A stretch of 64,000 nucleotides of DNA, from the IMG/VR virus record IMGVR_UViG_3300047476_002078, positions 124,001 through 188,000 of that record; one strand, 5' to 3'. Positions 32,211-42,871 of this stretch are shown here, piece by piece (position 1 is the stretch's first letter; each line of letters begins with the position of its first letter). The notes beneath the pieces were generated by a model. That model did not search any database and was not told where the DNA came from. It was given only the letters and a program-made list of their open reading frames with translations. A program made the position numbers and the translations under genes.

Positions 32211-33553
32211 ACAGAACAACTTTCCGGACTAACTCCTATAATAACTAATGATGCTTAATGTTTATTTTTTGCTACTACACAGACGCATTGACTTCGACAA
32301 CACGGTGAGTCGAGATCATGCTATAAGTGCATTGGCAATGAGAGAGGAGTTTGCTTCTGAAAGAGGAGCAATGAGTTTCCAGTACGGCAACGGTCGTACA
32401 TACATTGACTTTGCCTTGGAGGATAGTGCCGAGCTTGCATACTCAACACTTCTTGAACTCAATAAACAGTACGCTCAAGTGATGAACCCTCTATATGTGA
32501 GAGCTAGGAGAGTGAACAGACTTCAATCTCCTATGGAAGTGCCTCTTGATAAGCAAGTGGTAGCACTTCAACTCAATTCAATGAGCTTAAAAGACCTTGA
32601 AGAGTTGACGGCTATAGAGGGGAGATTCAATGATGAGCAACCATTTTTTAAAGTGTTAGAGTTATAGTTTTTACCGTAACACTTTCCGTAAGAAATCGGT
32701 TGTCATTTTTTACTCGATTAAGGTTTTCAAACCTACACATACCCTATAAAAGGCATGGTAAGGGTCTTCGTTGTTTCTGATAAAAAATGATTTTGAGAAA
32801 TTCGGTGCGTTGAAATTGAAAATACGTGTAATAAATTTTTTGAAAAATGAATTTAGGGGTCGTTTTTTCTCGATTTGGCTATGAAAAATTTTTAGCAAAA
32901 TGAATTTCGGGTGAAGTCTTGACGTTTAGTAAGTAACAAGGTTTCATTTTACGGTAGAAGGATAAACATGAATGATGGAATCGTAGAAGCTTTGGTTAGA
33001 ACTTATGAACGTCAAATAAAAGAAAACCTGCGTCCTAAGATTCAGGAACTATTATTAAAAGTTCAAAACAATGAAATGGCGATTGATAGGAATTATGTTT
33101 TATCAATCAACATCAATATCAACTCTGAATCATTATTATTAATGCAGGAAATGTTAAATGCAGAAAACAACAAATACTAAAACTGTAGTTGATGTGATTT
33201 TTATACTTGATAAAGCCTATTTGATATATGCAGACTATTCAACAGAACGGGTTTCAATAGATGAGGCTTGGAAGTATATCGACAAAATATCAGATCAGTT
33301 AGAAAAGACTGGTCATTCTGGAGTGAAGAGGTAAATGTCATGAAAAAGATTGCAGTCGTAAAACTTATCGGTGGAGAAGAAAGACTTTATAGGGGCTTTT
33401 TTAAAGAAAGACCTGTGCAAGGTAAATGCTTTCATTTATTAGCGGAAAAAGTTGATGATGATGCTAACTATCTTTCAACTGAAGTTATTCAAGCGGTAGA
33501 GCAAATCGAAAACGGCTTTATCATTAGAGACTCACAAAAAACTTACGAAGTTC

Positions 33554-34123
33554 ATGTCGAGTGAATGGTGGAATCAAGAAAAAGATAAAATTTGGGGAAC
33601 TTGGTTAAAAGCTCCTTGTTCAAAATCATTTTGCAGTATTTTTGTCGGAAGTAATCCTGCGGAAGGTATGACAAAAAACACAGCATCAAGATTTGACGTG
33701 TTCTTAAATGTCTCTGATACTGCTTGTATAACTTTTGAACCTTATCCTTATAAACGGACATATCATTATTGGTATCCTGTTGCGGAGTGGGAGGATTGGA
33801 CATACGGGCTTTTTTATAAGGTCTTTAAAACGCTCGATCATCACACAGATCAAGGTCATGTGATCTATCATCACTGTCATGCAGGGTATCATAGAAGTGC
33901 TTTAACGATGCTCTACTACTTGATGTACAAAGGTGAATCAAAAGAAGCTGCGTGGGAGATGTTAGGCAAAGAAGCACGACCTGATTTAATGACATTAGAA
34001 AAAAATGATTATAAGGCAAAGAGTTTACCTGACAATTTAGAACAGTTTATTGAACTCATGCGGAAGATGCCTGATATGAGCTTAGGAGATATTTTGTGGG
34101 AATTAAAGAATACATCGAAATAG
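33554..34123 (+). CDS. Cys-based (dual-specificity/tyrosine) protein phosphatase family protein
   Basis: Catalytic loop HCHAGYHRS (CX5R). Confidence 0.85.
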   Translation: MSSEWWNQEKDKIWGTWLKAPCSKSFCSIFVGSNPAEGMTKNTASRFDVFLNVSDTACITFEPYPYKRTYHYWYPVAEWEDWTYGLFYKVFKTLDHHTDQGHVIYHHCHAGYHRSALTMLYYLMYKGESKEAAWEMLGKEARPDLMTLEKNDYKAKSLPDNLEQFIELMRKMPDMSLGDILWELKNTSK

Positions 34124-35345
34124 ATGGTTTGATATGTAAAGAAGGCGGATGGTCTGAAGAAGAGTATGCAAACTTCATGGACAAGATCATCGAAGTTGTT
34201 GAAAGTTACGGTGCTCAAATGGCTGGTAGCTTCAAATTAAAATCAGAAGAAGATTTAGAAGAAAACGAACTCGAATACTAGCATTTGACTTTTACGGTAA
34301 AAATAGCAAAAATAATAACAAGCATGGAGGCTTGTTATGAAAACTATTGCGTCAATCAAAGGCGAAACCTTTGTAAAAATTAAATTACCTGCGATAAGTA
34401 AATTCAAAGGCACAAAGAAATTGAGTCCTTATGAAAAATTTCATCTGTGGGTCGGACAGCAATTTGGCGAAATCAAAGATCGAAGAATCAATGTCTCTGC
34501 AAGTTGGATAATGAAAGAAGACGATACTAAATTAAGAGAACTAATGAAAGAGTGGCTACAACGAGTGCATGGAATCGGTAGAAAAAAAGTGGCAGAGCAC
34601 TTGTCTTGGATTGCTTTGGACATTGGACCTGCAATCTTCTTTGAAGAAAAATTAGATGAAGGATTTGTGTATGTTAAAAAAGAAGAACTCTTCAAAGTTG
34701 AAAACTAAACTCGTCACGATCAGCATACAAGGTAACGGTATCCTTTGTATTGATGTGAACTGGAAGAGATTTTATAAGTTGGAAAGAAAAACTTGGGACA
34801 TGTTAAGGCATGAAATCATTCCATGGTTATATTTCAAGTACATGGAGAAAAAGTATGAAAAACGAAATGGTAAAAAAGAAGAACAGATACATCGACCCTC
34901 CTAGCGGTTGGCAGTTTGGGTTTCCTAAGATCGTGCCTGAAGATGTGGTGACTCCTGAAGATTTTAAAAAATGGTTTATAGAATCAGGATACCCTGAAAA
35001 AGATATAGAGTCATGGGAAGAAGATGGGAACTGAAGAGGACAAAAAGAAATACGAGGAATGGCTGGAAAAGCGTGATTACTATTTCGATCACGATAATGA
35101 CTGTTGGTTAGATAAAAAAATTGTGAGCATCTATTCAGAAACGGAAGATGCGTGGCTGGCAGCATGTGAATACAAAAATGAAATGGAAAGAGCTTATCTG
35201 AATCATTTAAAAGATTGGGATGATGAGATAGGAAGGCTGAAAAAAGAAAATGAAAAACTAAAAGAAGCCTTGAATAAAATCGCTCATGATTATGAACGTC
35301 CTGCGGATATGATGAAACTAGCAAGGCAAGCATTGAGAGAGTCAA

Positions 35346-35666
35346 ATGGATAAAATCGGATGTAGTCACACGGAGTATTGCATGAAATGTGACACTTACA
35401 CCTGTAACTTCTGCGGTTGTAAATGCAAAGATGAAGACCCTTATCGGCATCTGTATCCTAAGTGGAACTGTAACAAATGCGGTGATTGGTTTCACATGCC
35501 TTACAAGTTCTGCAAATGTGAAACTGAGCGGTTGAATAAAACGATAAAAGCTTCAAAGCCTGAAAAAGAGGTAGCTCCTATCAAAGAGGTGGAAAAACCT
35601 GCGAGCAAGTGCCCTTACTGCGTGGAACCTTGCGGTAATGAGTGGTGTGCATGGAGAAAAGAATGA
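35346..35666 (+). CDS. Cys-rich zinc-binding hypothetical protein
   Basis: About 14 Cys in CxxC/CxC clusters. Confidence 0.65.
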   Translation: MDKIGCSHTEYCMKCDTYTCNFCGCKCKDEDPYRHLYPKWNCNKCGDWFHMPYKFCKCETERLNKTIKASKPEKEVAPIKEVEKPASKCPYCVEPCGNEWCAWRKE

Positions 35667-36132
35667 AAAGAACTGAAGCAGTAGCCCTGATATTTAGAAG
35701 TATCGAGCCTTACATAAATCCAGAGTATGAAGCGAAAGTGATAATGCAAGTCGCTGACACTGTTTTGGACAATTTAGAAAAATCAGGAATGTTCTACTGT
35801 CCTGTGGAAGACCTTGGCGAGATCACACTCAGAACGCCTAAAGGTTTTGAGATGGAAGAAACACTGAGTCCGGCGGAAGCGGAAAAAATCAGTAAATACA
35901 TCGAAGAAGAGATCGTGCTGCTTACAAAACTTCAGGAAGAAGGTGACTAATGAAAGTCTATATCTGTAAGGCATTGGAAATTGGTGGATATGGTGAAAGT
36001 GACTATGTAGTAGGCGTGTATAAAACGAAACAAGGTGCGGAACAAGGTTTTGAGAACTGGCTGGCGGATATATGGGAAGGCGAAGAATCAAGTTGGGCGA
36101 TGCTTTTAGATGAAAGGGACTTGGAGGAATAA

Positions 36133-36423
36133 ATGACCTTAGAAGAACTCAAGTTCAAACACATACACTACACGTTAATCAAAAATGGCTACATACGAGC
36201 GTCAACGGCAAAAGAACTTGGAGTGAGTGACAGGAGCCTTAGAAGCTATCTAAAGCAAATGAAAGCCTTGGGCTATGTGGTAGATAAAGACGAAAAAGAA
36301 GAAGTGAATGAATATACGGTAAGTAACTACATCATGCCTACAAACGAACAACGGGTGAACTACATCGACTGGCTCATCAACGCCGACTTTTTAAACAGCT
36401 ACTCAACAAGGCATCAAAGATGA
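36133..36423 (+). CDS. Fis-type helix-turn-helix protein
   Basis: TLIKNGYIRASTAKELGVSDRSLRSYLK. Confidence 0.7.
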   Translation: MTLEELKFKHIHYTLIKNGYIRASTAKELGVSDRSLRSYLKQMKALGYVVDKDEKEEVNEYTVSNYIMPTNEQRVNYIDWLINADFLNSYSTRHQR

Positions 36424-37388
36424 ACGAAAGAAACGAAAGACTTAAACTGCTACTCGATACACTCGTACAACTGGCAAAGATGTGGAAAGAAGTAGCTCCG
36501 GGGCAAAATGCTCACAGTATCTATGACCAGATACACTTTGTACGAAAACTTATCCGAGAGGAAATGAAATGTGCCGAATCTGCGAAGACCTGATAAAGAA
36601 AACACTCACAGCGGAAGAGGCGATCAAAAATCTCATGGAACTCCGTGTGGTAGGAGTCATAGACGATGAACACTACTATGAGACGGTAAAAGCTCTGGCA
36701 AACTTTTACGGTAATAGAGATAGAGAAAAAGTAAGGAGACTTTATGGCGAAAAAGAATAAACAGATTTGGGACTACTATCGAACGGGAACAGACTCGGTA
36801 TCGGTAACACTTACAAGAGACGGATTGATTGAACTGGCAAAAAAATCAAACAAAGTGAGTGAGATACTTCGAGATGCGGAAGAAAGGGCGATATTTGGGT
36901 ATGTTCCGACAAAAGAACTAGAGCAAATGCTTGGATATATCTTGGATGAACTGACGGAGCGAAGAGTATGAAGAAAGAGAAAAAAGCCACACCTGAGCAG
37001 TTTATGGCATGGGTGGAAAAGAAGAAAAGCGGTGAACTCCCCAAAAACTTAGGATGTGCTTCACTGGAAACGGCTAAAACCATCACACCGAAACAACTTA
37101 TGGAGTGGGTGAAAACAAACGAGCATCGCACTTGGAGCCTACGCAAAGGTTGGGTTCCGGGCGGAACACACGAAATAAAATACCTGCGGTTCCATCTGGA
37201 TACACGAGACATGAAAATCTACCGCATCGACGTGGATGGTATGGGAATGGATGAGGCGGCGGATTTTCGAGAAGAGTTTGACGGAACACTACTAGAGCTA
37301 TTGGAACATAAACTAAAAATCTATCGGGAGCGTGGCATGACACCCAAGGAAGATTTCCCGAAAGCATGGAACATGGAGAGTAAATGAT

Positions 37389-37718
37389 ATGGAAATGAAC
37401 GGCATTGACTACACTAAGAAAGAGATCGACTACCACATAGACCGAGTGAAATACTACAACGATCTGCCAAACCGAGACACACTACTACAGCTACTCGAAG
37501 AATGGAGCCGTGAACTGAGTGGGGATACACAAAAGTTGGAAAACCGTGTGGAAGAACTCGAAGAGGAAAACGAGAAACTGCAAGAGAAGCTAGATGAGTT
37601 GGAAGACGAGGCGGAAGACCTACGGCAGGAAAACCGAGAACTCCTGCAAGAGAACGAAAGGCTAGAGGCGGTAATTTCGGAATTGGAAGAACGTATTGAT
37701 GATATGGAGCAAGCGTGA
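37389..37718 (+). CDS. acidic coiled-coil protein
   Basis: Long heptad E/L-rich run. Confidence 0.7.
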   Translation: MEMNGIDYTKKEIDYHIDRVKYYNDLPNRDTLLQLLEEWSRELSGDTQKLENRVEELEEENEKLQEKLDELEDEAEDLRQENRELLQENERLEAVISELEERIDDMEQA

Positions 37719-38399
37719 GCATCGGACCATTGTACCAGTATCAAGTGTATTACGATATTCAAAAGGAAGGCGTGTGGAAGTATAACCAAATCTACCGCAC
37801 GGATTTACGGTATAAGGGCAAGCATGAACAAGCCACTGGTGAAGCGGAGGAGTGGATACGTGCCAATATTGCCTGTGATGATTATCGGGTAACGAAAGTG
37901 GTATGTGATTAAGGAGAAGGGCATGAATGATGGAGTGGTAGATAACCAATTACTGTTAATGGCGTTAGCGGCGTTGGTGAACCATAAGCACGGTGGATTA
38001 GTGGAGATACCCAAGGCAGAGCTAGAGGTATTGGATGTGTGTGACGTGGCATGGGGATACGATAGTGAGCGTGAGGTATTGGTATTGAAGGTGAGTAACC
38101 GCACGGAGCACGGTACAGATACAGGCGAATAGTCGAATAGCTTACTCGTGGGAGCTAACGGTGAATGGGTACACCGCACGGTTCACGGTATAATGACTAT
38201 ATGCTTTCTTCGCAGAATACATATAGTAGGAAACACGGTGAAACATATTTGTGCGGTGAGAACGTGAACACGGTAACAAGCACTTAGACGTATTAGGGCG
38301 AAAGCCTTTAATAAGTCATTGTGCGTTAATAAGTGAACCGTGCGGATATACGTTGTGAATCACTTGAGTTTGCTAATGACTTTCGCTAGTGTTAGAACA

Positions 38400-38468
38400 G
38401 TGAATCCGTGCGGTAGTAATTTACGGTGAATCCGTGCGGTAGTAATTTACGGTGAATCCGTGCGGTAG
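38400..38468. repeat. 26-bp tandem repeat GTGAATCCGTGCGGTAGTAATTTACG (2 full, 1 partial)
   Basis: Units at 38400, 38426 and 38452 in a 360-bp intergenic region. Confidence 0.95.
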
Positions 38469-39564
38469 ATAATAATTTAAGGAGTATTGACATGGAAATG
38501 GAATCGGCAAAACAACCAGTATTGAATATTTACCCTCCGATGCGTTGGGTACGTTATGAGAATGGCGTGATGATACTACAGGTATTAACGTCGATAGGCG
38601 AAGGTAAGTCTGCGTGGTTAAATGTGCCTACGGTGGACGCTTCCAGCGTGTACCTTGAGAAGAGTGAACCTGTATCTGTGAATCTGGGCGGTAATTCGGA
38701 AGTTAAGGCGGAGAGAGGAACTTTTTCTTTGGATGAGGCGAAGGCGGATAAAAAGAGCAAGTTTTGGGGTCGCAAGAAGTGAAAGATGTATTCTATTCGG
38801 TAATATTGTTTTTGATTCTTGTGGCATTTTTAGGGAAGAGTGGAGTCACTTTTACGATTAATGATAAGGCTTATTCTGTGAAGATTGGCTTTAATAATTG
38901 AGTAATTTTGGCTTTATTAGGTTTATGAACTGTAATATTTGTGGAAATATTGGTGAAGTTTGGGAGAGACGAGAAGGTTATTTCGAGAATCCCGAACTGA
39001 AGTGGAAATTAATTGAGTGCCCTGCCTGTTTAGGCTCCTGTACTAAGGCTATTATTGAATCCCCCAAAATAATCATCAAACCTAGTTTTTTAATGCGTTT
39101 AAAAATGTATTTTATTTCTATTTACCGTAAATTTCGGCAATTATGTCGTAGATAAATATTTAGAGGAAAAAATGAATCACTTGATTGAATATTTGAATTT
39201 CAAATTAGAGCAAGCTCGTTACAGTAAGTTAAACCTGACAGAAATACTTTCATTCGTGAAAGAAGAGATTGTTAATTGTCTTTCTGAAGCACAGCGTATT
39301 GAGCAAGAAAGAGATGAGTTATTCAATAAGGTACAAGAACTGCAAAAGCAGAACGATGAATTAGCGAAGCACACTTTGAAGCATCCTAATTCATACAAAT
39401 CTCAGTTAGAACGACTCGAAGCTGAGAACACGAGACTTCGTAGTGACAATGAAATGTTGCGATCTGCGAAAGCTGTTCCTACGTCTGCGATCATGCCGAC
39501 TAGAAACAGTAGCTCTCGTTGGAATTAGTAACAGAATTAACTGTTACTGCAACAAGGAGTTTGA

Positions 39565-40062
39565 ATGAAGTCATTTAGAATTGGAGCAATTGTAGTATTA
39601 GCTTTTTTGCTCAGTGTAAGCAGTTTTGCTATGAGCAAATTTGATATTATAGACGCTATACGCAAAGTTGCAAAAATAAATGATGTAAATGAGACGTTAG
39701 CCCTTTCTATTGCTGAAGTTGAATCTGGATTTAATCCGCAAGCTTTACGATACGAGCCGAAGTTTAAGACTTACAGTGTAGGACTCTTTCAGATTTTTGT
39801 TCCAACTTCGAGAGCACTAGGATTCAAAGGCTCCCACTTAGAACTTCAACAACCAAACATTAACATTGAACTAGGCATTAAACATTTGCGAATATGTACC
39901 GACCGTTTCAAAGACAATGTAGCTAAAATAGCTTGTTGCCATAATGCAGGTTACGCCGTTAAAGAATCTGTGTGCCGAAACAATGTTCATGTTAAAGAAT
40001 ACGTTCGCAAAGTTCTCTATGCTTATCAAAAACGACAAAATAACGCACTTGCTCTAAATTAG
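39565..40062 (+). CDS. lytic transglycosylase (SLT domain), signal peptide
   Basis: IAEVESGFNPQA catalytic Glu, SVGLFQI, NIELGIKHL, HNAG; N-terminal signal sequence. Confidence 0.9.
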   Translation: MKSFRIGAIVVLAFLLSVSSFAMSKFDIIDAIRKVAKINDVNETLALSIAEVESGFNPQALRYEPKFKTYSVGLFQIFVPTSRALGFKGSHLELQQPNINIELGIKHLRICTDRFKDNVAKIACCHNAGYAVKESVCRNNVHVKEYVRKVLYAYQKRQNNALALN

Positions 40063-40091
40063 CGAAATCTCGAAAATGCCCCAAAAAATTT

Positions 40092-40112
40092 TTTTCCTCT
40101 CAAAGAGGAAAA
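40092..40112. terminator. hairpin after the SLT gene
   Basis: TTTTCCTCT-caa-AGAGGAAAA. Confidence 0.5.
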
Positions 40113-40125
40113 GATAGAATAGTTG

Positions 40126-40198
40126 ACACATTGCATAAATTAAAAATTTGAATCTACCCTAAAAAAACGGATTTACTATAAAGATTTATGCAATGTGT
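40126..40198. repeat. 15-bp perfect inverted repeat ACACATTGCATAAAT / ATTTATGCAATGTGT
   Basis: Arms at 40126-40140 and 40184-40198. Confidence 0.9.
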
Positions 40199-40376
40199 AA
40201 AATAAAAATTCGCTATTTCCCTAAAAGAACGGATTCACTCATTTACATCACGACGAACTTGCAATGGAAAACACGACGAACTCGATATACCAACACGACG
40301 CACACGAAAGAAAAAAATAAAAACAAATTACGGTAAAAAATTGACAGTAACTTGAAATCAACTCAAACTTATAAAC

Positions 40377-41069
40377 ATGAGTTACAAAATTAAGTACGGC
40401 GAAAACGGCGAAATAGAATGTGTGTCAGTCCCTCTAAAAAATTCTGAAATTGCGTTTTGTAAAGAGTTCGCACAGAAATGCACAGCGACCAACCAAGACC
40501 AATACAGATTGAGAAATCAGCACGACCCTGAAATGATTCAGCTTCAAATTTACTTTGGAAAAATAGCCGAGGTTGCGGTTTGCCGTTTTTTACGGAGTCA
40601 AGGCTTGCAAGTTTCCGCACCTGACTTTGGAATATACTCTAAAGAAGCTAAAAGCTGGGCTAGGGACATGGTTTGCATCAAGGACGGCGTTACATACCCA
40701 ATCCATTCAAAATGCACTACGCTCGAAACTAAGAGGCTCTACACGCTGTCTTGGATTGTACAATTCGGAGGCATAGGGCGAGGACACTTAGATAAGGAAA
40801 TCTTTGAGGCAAAAAGTGGCTTGATGGCTTGTTGTTGCCCGAATGAAGAAGACGAGAATGTAATTGATATATACGGCTTTATTCCTGTGTCTGATCTGCA
40901 CGAACACCATTTACTCAAGATGCCCGGAAAAAATGCTCTTAAAGGCACGAAGAGGGCTTTATACTATTGCGATGTGAGAGTAGTAGAGCATAATGAAGAA
41001 TTAAATTTACGGTGGAATTTTGTAACACCAAAAATTCCTATGACCAATCCTCCTGAAATCAGCATTTAA
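40377..41069 (+). CDS. hypothetical protein, possible PD-(D/E)XK-like fold
   Basis: GKIAEVAV...PDF...D...IHSK pattern. Confidence 0.5.
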   Translation: MSYKIKYGENGEIECVSVPLKNSEIAFCKEFAQKCTATNQDQYRLRNQHDPEMIQLQIYFGKIAEVAVCRFLRSQGLQVSAPDFGIYSKEAKSWARDMVCIKDGVTYPIHSKCTTLETKRLYTLSWIVQFGGIGRGHLDKEIFEAKSGLMACCCPNEEDENVIDIYGFIPVSDLHEHHLLKMPGKNALKGTKRALYYCDVRVVEHNEELNLRWNFVTPKIPMTNPPEISI

Positions 41070-41221
41070 AATAAATGTTGACTGGTAGCGTTAGATTAAG
41101 CTAATATAGAGGCATAGTTTTTCACCCGATGGAATCAAGTATTCAAGTAGGGGGAATGGAAAATTGTGTCAAAACCACTTCTTTTTTATTCCCAAATACA
41201 TTCAAATACTTAGCCCTTCGA

Positions 41222-41237
41222 GTGGATTCGGTATAGC
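41222..41237 (+). promoter_or_regulatory. 16-bp promoter-like element (variant)
   Basis: GTGGATTCGGTATAGC; ATG at 41309. Confidence 0.65.
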
Positions 41238-41308
41238 CCTTATGAGGTTTAACTGACCTGAAGGTATCAAATAGGTGATACAAGTAAGGTTTTTCCGTAG
41301 GAGGAAAT

Positions 41309-42187
41309 ATGAAAGATAAAGACAAGAAAATCGTTTTGTCGTTAGGGACAAAGAAAGTTGAGGAGCCACAACAGCCAAAGCCTGTTGGGGTTGGTGTGAA
41401 ATCAGCACTTGATCTTTTCAACAACGCCCCCACAGTAGAAAAAGTTGAAAAGAAAAAAGCAGGGAAGAAAGAACGAGAAGAAGTAGAGATTGATGATTTA
41501 GATAAACTAGCTTCGTTCAAAGTGTTAGAAAAAGTTTTAGAGCAAGAAGCTAAAGGTCTTCAAGCGAGAATCAGAGAAGAGGTTGTTAATTTCTTTGCCG
41601 AAAGAATGGCAGAAACAGGACAGACTCTTAGTTCGTTTGTAGGAATTGACGATTGCTCTACTGCATCATGTGAGATTCGCAGAAAAGGTTCTAATATGCC
41701 ATTAGACCCAGAGACAGTTGAAAGACTAATCGGTGCAGGTCTTGAGTCATGTATTAACCGAAATGTAAAAGTTCCTGAGCGTTTGATTCTTAACCCGAAC
41801 CTTTCGCAGGATTCTCTGGTACGACTAGCCGAGCTTGTTAAGAACGATGCGGTTTTGAAAAATGAAGTTGTAGTTATGAGACAAGAAGAAGAGTTTACTT
41901 GCGTTGTTTCGGAGTCAGGTCTTGACTTGATTGCAAAATCTCGCAATGCAGAATTGATCTTGAGTGTTATTGAAAAGATGGCTACATTTGCCATCGGAAA
42001 GTTCAAGATTGATGGCGAATCAATCGAGCAAGGTAAAGATGATGACAAGTGCGTTACACCTAATGCGAAGAAACGAGCAATCGAATCACTTATCTCTTTC
42101 GGAGTATTGCCTCAACCTGAAGTTGTTGCAGTAAAAAAGAAAGCTACTAAGAAAAAAGACAATGGTGAAGGTGAAGGTTTACAGTAG
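41309..42187 (+). CDS. hypothetical protein
   Basis: 292 aa, GGAGG RBS, followed by a terminator. Confidence 0.8.
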   Translation: MKDKDKKIVLSLGTKKVEEPQQPKPVGVGVKSALDLFNNAPTVEKVEKKKAGKKEREEVEIDDLDKLASFKVLEKVLEQEAKGLQARIREEVVNFFAERMAETGQTLSSFVGIDDCSTASCEIRRKGSNMPLDPETVERLIGAGLESCINRNVKVPERLILNPNLSQDSLVRLAELVKNDAVLKNEVVVMRQEEEFTCVVSESGLDLIAKSRNAELILSVIEKMATFAIGKFKIDGESIEQGKDDDKCVTPNAKKRAIESLISFGVLPQPEVVAVKKKATKKKDNGEGEGLQ

Positions 42188-42197
42188 TAAAATAATG

Positions 42198-42225
42198 TAC
42201 AGGGGAGGAAACTCCCCTGTATTTT
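42198..42225 (+). terminator. intrinsic terminator
   Basis: TACAGGGGAG-gaaa-CTCCCCTGTA-TTTT. Confidence 0.85.
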
Positions 42226-42238
42226 AATTGAGGTTTTT

Positions 42239-42871
42239 ATGTGGGAATACAATCAATTCAAATATCTTTATCCTCCACGTCCAGAGTTTGTTTTAACTTC
42301 CGACAGGATTCCTTTTTATGAGAAGGATGGATGGGTAGGTCAATATAAAATGAACGGAACCAATACCATTCTTGCAATGTCTCCCGAAGGCATTTTTACT
42401 GCCATGAATAGACACAACGAAGAACACCGAGCATGGCAATTGACTGAAGAAATAAAAACTTCCTTGCGACAGCTTTTACCGAAAGGTTCATGGACTGTTC
42501 TTGTTGGCGAGATTATGCACTCAAAAACTCCTACTATTAAAAATACAATTTATTTCCATGATGTTTTGGTTCATCAATCAAAGCATTTGGTTGGAATGAC
42601 TTTTAAAGATAGGCAAATCCTATTAGAGAAACTTTTACCTTATAATGGCAAAGAAGAGAAATCTCACTATTTTGTTACAGACAGAATATGGAGAGCCAAA
42701 CTTATTACAAAAAATATTCACAAGCACTTTGTTGAAATTGAAGACCCTAAAATACTGGAGGGTTTTGTATTAAAATTGCCGACAGGTAAGTTGAAGCCAT
42801 GCTACACTGAGAATAATAATACGTCATGGCAGTACAAGATTCGCTACCCGACGAAAAACTACCAATTTTAG
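42239..42871 (+). CDS. ATP-dependent ligase-like nucleotidyltransferase (adenylation domain only)
   Basis: Motif I QYKMNG, NRH, LVGEI (III), YFHDVL (IIIa), EGFVLK (IV), WQYKIR (V). Confidence 0.8.
   Translation: MWEYNQFKYLYPPRPEFVLTSDRIPFYEKDGWVGQYKMNGTNTILAMSPEGIFTAMNRHNEEHRAWQLTEEIKTSLRQLLPKGSWTVLVGEIMHSKTPTIKNTIYFHDVLVHQSKHLVGMTFKDRQILLEKLLPYNGKEEKSHYFVTDRIWRAKLITKNIHKHFVEIEDPKILEGFVLKLPTGKLKPCYTENNNTSWQYKIRYPTKNYQF

Larger units (their letters stand above)
32248..39528 (+). other. array of about 25 short co-oriented hypothetical ORFs
   Basis: Abutting ORFs with RBS, e.g. 32248, 32968, 33307, 34096, 34337, 35024, 35346, 35950, 36569, 36744, 36968, 37389, 37715, 37905, 38492, 38898, 39172. 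Confidence 0.8.

Noticed and set aside
34570-38510. Partial matches to the 16-bp element (TGGAATCGGTA near 34570, TGGAATCGG near 38500)
   Set aside because: Inside coding sequence, lacking TATAGC and any downstream RBS spacing
9764-41237. 16-bp element as CRISPR repeats or integron attC sites
   Set aside because: Too short, not palindromic, irregularly spaced by whole genes; no Cas protein or integrase seen in the window
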